From Mobula hypostoma (lineage: Eukaryota): a stretch of 64,000 bases of DNA. This document shows, piece after piece, positions 54,801 to 64,000 of this stretch. The first letter of the stretch is position 1, and each line of letters begins with the position of its first letter. The translations under genes and the position numbers were made by a program. The notes below the pieces were generated by a model. That model searched no databases. It was not told the origin of the DNA and saw only the letters and a program-made list of their open reading frames with translations. The DNA lies in the NCBI RefSeq assembly GCF_963921235.1, contig NC_086108.1, forward strand, positions 117,120,001 to 117,184,000, written 5' to 3'.

Positions 54801-57800
54801 GGTGTCAAGGAACCACAGACTGGACAGGTGGATGGGTTGTCAGTGATCCTCAGAGTGGAAAGGTGAACACGGTGTCAGTGAAGCACAGAGTGGACAGGTG
54901 GACGGGGAGTCAGTGAACCACAGAGTGGACAGGTGGACACGGTGTCAAGGAACCACAGAGTGGACAGGTGGACGGGGTGTCAGTGAACTACAAAGTCGAC
55001 AGGTGGACACGATGTCAGTGATCCAGAGAGTGGACAGGTGGACGCGGTGTCAGTGAACCACAGAGTGGACAGGTGGACAAGGTGTCAGTGAACCACAGAG
55101 TGGACAGGTGGACACAGTGTCAGTGAACCACAGAGTGGACAGGTAGACGGGGTGTCAGTGAACCACAGAGTGGACAGGTGGACACGGTGTCAGTGAACCA
55201 CAGAGTGGACAGGTGGAGACGGTGTCAGTGAACCACAGAGTGGACAGGTGGACGGGGTGACAGTGTACCACAGAGTGGACAGGTGGACACGGTGTCAGTG
55301 AACCACAGAGTGGACAGGTGGACACGGTGTCAGTGAACCACAGAGTGGACAGGTGGACCGGGTGTCAGTGAACCACAGAGTGGACAGGTGGACACGGTGT
55401 CAATGAACCACAGAGTGGACAGTTGGACACGGTGTGAGTGAACCACAGAGTGGACAGGTGGATGGGGTGTCAGTGAACCACAGAGTGGACAGGTGGATGG
55501 GTTGACAGTGAATCACAGAGTGGACAGGTGGACGGGGTGTAAGTGAACCACAGAGTAGACAGGTGGACACGGTGTCAGTGAATCACAGAGCGGACAGGTG
55601 GACAAGGTGTCAAGGAACCACAGACTGGACAGGTGGATGGGGTGTCAGTGATCCACAGAGTGGAAAGGTGAACACGGTGTCAGTGAAGCACAGAGTGGAC
55701 AGGTGGACGGGGTGTCAGTGAACCACAGAGTGGACAGGTGGACACAGTGTCAGTGAACCACAGAGTGGACAGGTAGACGGGGTGTCAGCGAACCACAGAG
55801 TAGACAGGTGGACACGGTGTCAAGGAACCACAGAGTGGACAGGTGGACGGGGTGTCAGTGAACCACAAAGTCGACAGGTGGACACGATGTCAGTGATCCA
55901 GAGAGTGGACAGGTGGATGCGGTGTCAGTGAACCACAGAGTGGACAGGTGGACACGGTGTCAGTGAAACACAGAGTGGACAGGTGGACACAGTGTCAGTG
56001 AACCACAGAGTGGACAGGTAGACGGGGTGTCAGTGAACCACAGAGTGGACAGGTGGACACGGTGTCAGTGAACCACAGAGTGGACAGGTGGAGACGATGT
56101 CAGTGAACCACAGAGTGGACAGGTGGACGGGGTGACAGTGTACCACAGAGTGGACAGGTGGACACGGTGTTAGTAAACCACAGAGTGGACAGGTGAACAC
56201 AGTGTCAGTGAACCACAGAGTGGACAGGTGGACGGGTTGACAGTGAATCACAGAGTGGACAGGTGGACGGGGTGTCAGTGAACCACAGAGTGCACAGGTG
56301 CACACAGTGTCAGGGAACCACAGAGTGGACAGGTGGACACGGTGTCAGTGAACCACAGAGTGGACAGGTGGACACGGTGACAGAGAACCACAGAGTGGAC
56401 AGGTGGACACAGTGTCAGTGAACCACAGAGTGGACAGGTGGACACGGTGTCAGTGAACCACAGAGTGGACAGGTGGACACGGTGTCAGTGAACCACAGAG
56501 TGGACAGGTGGACACGGTGTCAAGGAACCACAGAGTGGACAGGTGGACGGGGTGTCAGTGAACCACAGAGTCGACAGGTGGACACGATGTCAGTGATCCA
56601 GAGAGTGGACAGGTGGACGCGGTGTCAGTGAACCACAGAGTGGACAGGTGGATACGGTGTCAGTGAACCACAGATTGGACAGGTGGACATGGTGTCAGTG
56701 AACAACAGAGTGGACAGGTGGACGGGGTGTCTGTGAACCACAGAGTGGACAGGTGGACACGGTGTCAGTGAACCACAGAGTGGACAGGTGGACGGGGTGT
56801 CAGTGAACCACAGAGTGGACAGGTGGACACGGTGTCAGTGAACCACAGAGTGGACAGGTGGACGGGGTGACAGTGAACCACAGAGTGGACAGGTGGACAC
56901 GGTGACAGAGAACCACAGAGTGGACAGGTGGACACAGTGTCAGTGAACCACAGAGTGGACAGGTGGACACGGTGTCAGTGAACCACAGAGTGGACAGGTG
57001 GACACGGTGTCAGTGAACCACAGAGTGGACAGGTGGACACAGTGTCAGTGAACCACAGAGTGGACAGGTAGACGGGGTGTCAGTGAACCACAGAGTGGAC
57101 AGGTGGACACGGTGTCAAGGAACCACAGAGTGGACAGGTGGACGGGGTGTTAGTGATCCACAGAGTGGAAAGGTGAACACGCTGTCAGTGAAGCACAGAG
57201 TGGACAGGTGGACGGGGTGTCAGTGAACCACAGAGTGGACAGGTGGACACGGTGTCAGTGAACCACAGAGTGGACAGGTGGATGGTGTGTCAGTGAACCA
57301 CAGAGTGGACAGGTGGATGGTGTGTCAGTGAACCACAGAGTGGACAGGTGGACACGGTGTCAGTGAACCACAGAGTGGACAGGTGGACGGGGTGTCAGTG
57401 AACCACAGAGTGGACAGGTGGACGGGGTGTCAGTGAACCACAGAGTGGACAGGTGGACACGGTGTCTGTGAACCACAGAGTGGACAGGTGGAGTTGGTGT
57501 CAGTGATCCACAGAGTGGACAGGTGGACGGGGTGTCTGTGAACCACAGAGTGGACAGGTGGACACGGTGTTAGTGAACCACAGAGTGGACAGGTGGATGG
57601 GGTGTCAGTGAACCACAGAGTGGACAGGTGGACACGGTGTCAGTGCACCACAGAGTGGACAGGTGGACACGGTGTTTGTGAACCACAGAGTGGACAGGTG
57701 GACACGGTGACAGTGAACCACAGAGTAGACAGGTGGACAGGGTGTCAGTGAACCACAGAGTGGACAGGTGGACACGGTGTCAGTGAACCACAGAGTGGAC

Positions 57801-60800
57801 AGGTGGACAGGGTGTCAGTGAACCACAGAGTGGACAGGTGGACACGGTGACAGTGAACCACAGAGTGGACAGGTGGACAGGGTGTCAGTGAACCACAGAG
57901 TGGACAGGTGGACACGGTGTCAGTGAACCACAGAGTGGACAGGTGGACGGGGTGTCAGTGAACCACAGAGTGGACAGGTGGACACGGTGTCAGTGAACCA
58001 CAGAGTGGACAGGTGGATGGGGTGTCAGTGAACCACAGAGTGGACAGGTGGACACGGTGTCAGTGCACCACAGAGTGGACAGGTGGACACGGTGTTTGTT
58101 AACCACAGAGTGGACAGGTGGACACGGTGACAGTGAACCACAGAGTAGACAGGTGGACAGGGTGTCAGTGAACCACAGAGTGGACAGGTGGACACGGTGT
58201 CAGTGAACCACAGAGTGGACAGGTGGACAGGGTGTCAGTGAACCACAGAGTGGACAGGTGGACACGGTGTCAGTGAACCACAGAGTGGACAGGTGGACGG
58301 GGTGTCAGTGAACCACAGAGTGGACAGGTGGACACGGTGTCAGTGAACCACAGAGTGGACAGGTGGACACGGTGTCAGTGAACCACAGAGTGGACAGGTG
58401 GACACGGTGTCAGTGAACCACAGAGTGGACAGGTGGACGGGGTGTCAGTGAACCACAGAGTGGACAGGTGGACGGGGTGTCAGTGCACCACAGAGTGGAC
58501 ATGTGGACGGGGTGTCTGTGAACCACAGAGTGGACAGGTAGACAAGGTGTCAGTGAACCACAGAGTGGACAGGTGGACGGGGTGTCAGTGAACCACAGAG
58601 TGGACAGGTGGACACGGTTTCAGTGACCCAGAGAGTGGACAGGTAGACACGGTGTCAGTGAACCACAGAGTGGACAGGTGGACGGGGAGTCAGTGAACAA
58701 CAGCGCAGACAGGTGGATGGTGTGTCAGTGAACCACAGAGTGGACAGGTGGACACGGTGTCAGTGAACCACAGAGTGGACAGGTGGACACGGTGTCAGTG
58801 AACCACAGAGTGGACAGGTGGACGGGGTGTCAGTGAACCACAGAGTGGACAGGTGGACGGGGTGTCAGTGAACCACAGAGTGGACAGGTGGACACGGTGT
58901 CAGTGAACCACAGAGTGGACAGGTGGACACGGTGTCAGTGAACCACAGAGTGGACAGGTGGACACGGTGTCAGTGAACCACAGAGTGGACAGGTGGATGG
59001 GGTGTCAGTGAACCACAGAGTGGACAGGTGGACACGGTGTCAGTGAACCACAGAGTGGACAGGTGGACGGGGTGTCAGTGAACCACAGAGTGGACAGGTG
59101 GACACGGTGTCAGTGAACCACAGAGTGGACAGGTGGACGGGGTGTCAGTGAACCACAGAGTGGACAGGTGGACGGGGTGTCAGTGAACCACAGAGTGGAC
59201 AGGTGGACACGGTGTCAGTGAACCACAGAGTGGACAGGTGGACACGGTGTCAGTGAACCACAGAGTGGACAGGTGGACGGGGTGTCAGTGAACCACAGAG
59301 TGGACAGGTGGACAGGGTGTCAGTGAACCACAGAGTGGACAGGTGGACACGGTGTCAGTGAACCACAGAGTGGACAGGTGGACGGGGTGTCAGTGAACCA
59401 CAGAGTGGACAGGTGGACGGGGTGTCAGTGAACCACAGAGTGGACAGGTGGACACGGTGTCAGTGAACCACAGAGTGGACAGGTGGACACGTTGTCAGTG
59501 AAACACAGAGTGGACAGGTGGACGGGGTGTCAGTGAACCACAGAGTGGACAGGTGGACGGGGTGTCAGTGAACCACAGAGTGGACAGGTGGACGGGGTGT
59601 CAGTGAACCACAGAGTGGACAGGTGGACACGGTGACAGTGAACCACAGAGTGGACAGGTGGACACGTTGTCAGTGAAACACAGAGTGGACAGGTGGACGG
59701 GGTGTCAGTGAACCACAGAGTGGACAGGTGGACGGGGTGTCAGTGCACCACAGAGTGGACATGTGGACGGGGTGTCTGTGAACCACAGAGTGGACAGGTA
59801 GACAAGGTGTCAGTGAACCACAGAATGGACAGGTGGACGGGGTGTCAGTGAACCACAGAGTGGACAGGTGGACACGGTGTCAGTGACCCAGAGAGTGGAC
59901 AGGTAGACACGGTGTCAGTGAACCACAGAGTGGACAGGTGGACGGGGTGTCAGTGAACCACAGAGTGGACAGGTGGACGGGGTGTCAGTGAACCACAGAG
60001 TGGACAGGTGGACACGGTGTCAGTGAACCACAGAGTGGACAGGTGGACACGGTGTCAGTGAACCACAGAGTGGACAGGTGGACACGGTGTCAGTGAACCA
60101 CAGAGTGGACAGGTGGACGGGGAGTCAGTGAACAACAGAGCGGACAGGTGGATGGTGTGTCAGTGAACCACAGAGTGGACAGGTGGACACGGTGTCAGTG
60201 AACCACATAGTGGACAGGTGGACACGGTGTCAGTGAACCACAGAGTGGACAGGTGGACGGGGTGTCAGTGAACCACAGAGTGGACAGGTGGACGGGGTGT
60301 CAGTGAACCACAGAGTGGACAGGTGGACACGGTGTCAGTGAACCACAGAGTGGACAGGTGGACACGGTGTCAGTGAACCACAGAGTGGACAGGTGGATGG
60401 TGTGTCAGTGAACCACAGAGTGGACAGGTGGATGGTGTGTCAGTGAACCACAGAGTGGACAGGTGGACACGGTGTCAGTGAACCACAGAGTGGACAGGTG
60501 GACGGGGTGTCAGTGAACCACAGAGTGGACAGGTGGACACGGTGTCAGTGAACCACAGAGTGGACAGGTGGACACGGTGTCAGTGAACCACAGAGTGGAC
60601 AGGTGGACACGGTGTCTGTGAACCACAGAGTGGACAGGTGGAGTTGGTGTCAGTGATCCACAGAGTGGACAGGTGGACGGGGTGTCTGTGAACCACAGAG
60701 TGGACAGGTGGACACGGTGTTAGTGAACCACAGAGTGGACAGGTGGATGGGGTGTCAGTGAACCACAGAGTGGACAGGTGGACACGGTGTCAGTGCACCA

Positions 60801-63800
60801 CAGAGTGGACAGGTGGACACGGTGTTTGTTAACCACAGAGTGGACAGGTGGACACGGTGACAGTGAACCACAGAGTAGACAGGTGGACACGGTGACAGTG
60901 AACCACAAAGTGGACAGCTGGACACGGTGTCAGTGAAACACAGAGTGGACAGGTGGACACGGTGTCAGTGAACCACAGAGTGGACAGGTGGACACGATGT
61001 CAGTGAAACACAGAGTGGACAGGTGGACACGGTGTCAGTGAACCACAGAGTGGACAGGTGGACACGGTGTCAGTGAACCACAGAGTGGACAGGTGGACGG
61101 GGTGCCAGAGTACCACAGCGTGGACGGGTGGACGGGGTGTCAGTGAACCACAGAGTGGACAGGTGGACACGGTGTCAGTGAACCACAGAGTGGACAGGTG
61201 GACACGGTGTCAGTGAACCACAGAGTGGACAGGTGGACACGGTGTCAGTGAACCACAGAGTGGACAGGTGGACACGGTGTCAGTGAACCACAGAGTGGAC
61301 AGGTGGACACGGTGTCAGTGAACCACAGAGTGGACAGGTGGACAGGGTGTCAGTGAACCACAGAGTGGACAGGTGGACACGGTGTCAGTGAACCACAGAG
61401 TGGACAGGTGGACGGGGTGCCAGAGTACCACAGCGTGGACGGGTGGACGGGGTGTCAGTGAACCACAGAGTGGACAGTTGGACGGTGTGTCAGTGAACCA
61501 CAGAGTGGACAGGTGGACGGGGTGTCAGTGAACCACAGAGTAGACAGGTGGACACTGTGTCTGTGAACCACAGAGTGGACAGGTGGACACGGTGTCAGTG
61601 AACCACATAGTGGACAGGTGGACGAGGTGTCAGTGAACCACAGAGTGGACAGGTGGACACGGTGTCAGTGAACCACAGAGTGGACAGGTGGACACGGTGT
61701 CAGTGAACCACAGAGTGGACAGGTGGACACGGTGTCAGTGAACCACAGAGTGGACAGGTGGACGGGGTGTCAGTGAACCACAGAGTGGACAGGTGGACGG
61801 GGTGTCAGTGAACCACAGAGTGGACAGGTGGACACGGTGACAGTGAACCACAGAGTGGACAGGTGGACACGGTGTCAGTGAACCACAGACTGGACAGCTG
61901 GACGGGGAGTCAGTGAACAACAGAGCAGACAGGTGGATGGTGTGTCAGTGAACCACAGAGTGGACAGGTGGACACGGTGTCAGTGAACCACAGAGTGGAC
62001 AGGTGGACACGGTGTCAGTGAACCACAGAGTGGACAGGTGGACGGGGTGTCAGTGAACCACAGAGTGGACAGGTGGACACGGTGTCAGTGAACCACAGAG
62101 TGGACAGGTGGACACGGTGTCAGTGAACCACAGAGTGGACAGGTGGACACGGTGTCAGTGAACCACAGAGTGGACAGGTGGATGGTGTGTCAGTGAACCA
62201 CAGAGTGGACAGGTGGACACGGTGTCAGTGAACCACAGAGTGGACAGGTGGACGGGGTGTCAGTGAACCACAGAGTGGACAGGTGGATGGGGTGTCAGTG
62301 AACCACAGAGTGGACAGGTGGACACGGTGTCTGTGAACCACAGAGTGGACAGGTGGAGTTGGTGTCAGTGAACCACAGAGTGGACAGGTGGACGGGGTGT
62401 CTGTGAACCACAGAGTGGACAGGTGGACACGGTGTTAGTGAACCACAGAGTGGACAGGTGGATGGGGTGTCAGTGAACCACAGAGTGGACAGGTGGACAC
62501 GGTGTCAGTGCACCACAGAGTGGATAGGTGGACACGGTGTTTGTTAACCACAGAGTGGACAGGTGGACACGGTGACAGTGAACCACAGAGTAGACAGGTG
62601 GACACGGTGACAGTGAACCACAAAGTGGACAGCTGGACACGGTGTCAGTGAAACACAGAGTGGACAGGTGGACACGGTGTCAGTGAACCACAGAGTGGAC
62701 AGGTGGACAGGGTGTCAGTGAACCACAGAGTGGACAGGTGGACACGGTGTCAGTGAACCACAGAGTGGACAGGTGGACGGGGTGTCAGTGAACCACAGAG
62801 TGGACAGGTGGACGGGGTGTCAGTGAACCACAGAGTGGACAGGTGGACGGGGTGTCAGTGAACCACAGAGTGCACAGGTGGACGGGGTGTCAGAGTACCA
62901 CAGAGCGGACAGGTGGACGGGGTGTCAGTGAACCACATAGTGGACAGGTGGACGGGGTGTCAGTGAACCACAGAGTGCACAGGTGGACGGGGTGTCAGTG
63001 AACCACAGAGTGCACAGGAGGACACGGTGTCAGTGAACCACAGAGTGGACAGGTGGACACGGTGTCAGTGAACCACAGAGTGGACAGGTGGACACGGTGT
63101 CAGTGAACCACAGAGTGGACAGGTGGACACGGTGTCAGTGAACCACAGAGTGGACAGGTGGACGGGGTGTCAGTGAACCACAGAGTGGACAGGTGGACGG
63201 GGTGTCAGTGAACCACAGAGTGGACAGGTGGACACGGTGTCAGTGAACCACATAGTGGACAGGTGGACGGGGTGTCAGTGAACCACAGAGTGGACAGGTG
63301 GACACGGTGTCAGTGAACCACAGAGTGGACAGGTGGACACGGTGTCAGTGAACCACAGAGTGGACAGGTGGACACGGTGAAAGTGAAGCACAGAGTAGAC
63401 AGGTGGACGGGTTGACAGTGAACCACAGAGTGGACAGGTGGACACGGTGTCAGTGAACCACAGAGTGGACAGGTGGACGGGATGTCAGTGAACCACAGAG
63501 TGGACAGGTGGACACGGTGTTTGTTAACCACAGAGTGGACAGGTGGACACGGTGATAGTGAACCACAGAGTGGACAGGTGGACACCGTGTCAGTGAACCA
63601 CAGAGTGGACAGGTGGACACGGTGATAGTGAACCACAGAGTGGTCAGGTGGACACCGTGTCAGTGAACCACAGAGTGGACAGGTGGACACGGTGTCAGTG
63701 AACCACAGAGTGGACAGGTGGACACGGTGACAGTGAAGCACAGAGTGGACAGGTGGACGGGTTGACAGTGAACCACAGAGTGGACAGGTGGACACGGTGA

Positions 63801-64000
63801 CAGTGAACCACAGAGTAGACAGCTGGACACGGTGTCAGTGAAACACAGAGTAGACAGGTGGACACGGTGTCAGTGAACCACAGAGTGGACAGGTGGACAC
63901 GGTGTCAGTGAACCACAGAGTGGACAGGTGGACGGGGTGTCAGTGAACCACAGAGTGGACAGGTGGACACGGTGTCAGTGAACCACAGAGTGGACAGGTG
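24789..64000. repeat. 35-bp tandem satellite array (array B), consensus GTCAGTGAACCACAGAGTGGACAGGTGGAC(AC/GG)GGT, ~1120 monomers, truncated by the window end
   Basis: Period 35 read directly. Phase is kept over long tracts (25661 to 31681 = 172x35; 52261 to 63951 = 334x35). Internal direct repeat GTGGACAG-GTGGAC. Two dominant variants, ACGGT and GGGGT. Confidence 0.98.

Noticed and set aside
24900..64000. Many short minus-strand ORFs with repeated CPLCG (CxxC), resembling zinc-finger or metallothionein-like genes
   Set aside because: They are translations of the 35-bp satellite. The consensus hits TGA every 105 bp, and ORFs appear only where that stop is mutated. The CxxC reflects LINE ancestry, not a gene.
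1..64000. CRISPR array (repeat lengths 35-38 bp)
   Set aside because: Monomers are directly adjacent with no unique spacers, there are no cas genes, and the context is vertebrate LINEs.

Overview
Eukaryotic, gene-poor heterochromatin-like window. It is most likely from a cartilaginous fish (shark/ray), inferred from the CR1- and Tx1-type LINE remnants. About 94% of it is two unrelated-looking tandem arrays. The first is a 38-bp C-rich satellite (1-~21285, ~560 monomers, runs off the left edge). The second is a 35-bp G-rich satellite (24789-64000, ~1120 monomers, runs off the right edge). Between them is a ~3.5-kb island holding two old, oppositely oriented CR1 RT fragments, a young 5'-truncated CR1 3' end with a probable 5-bp target-site duplication, ~0.7 kb of unassigned sequence, and the decayed 3' end of a Tx1-clade LINE on the minus strand. 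Main observation: the 35-bp satellite appears to have arisen inside that Tx1 element. Its minus-strand monomer reads W-F-T-D-T-P-S-T-C-P-L-C-G, and the terminal monomer runs in frame into the LINE ORF2 zinc-knuckle region (CPLCGREESV). No intact protein-coding gene is supported. The long Pro/His/Ser/Thr ORFs are artefacts of the repeats.
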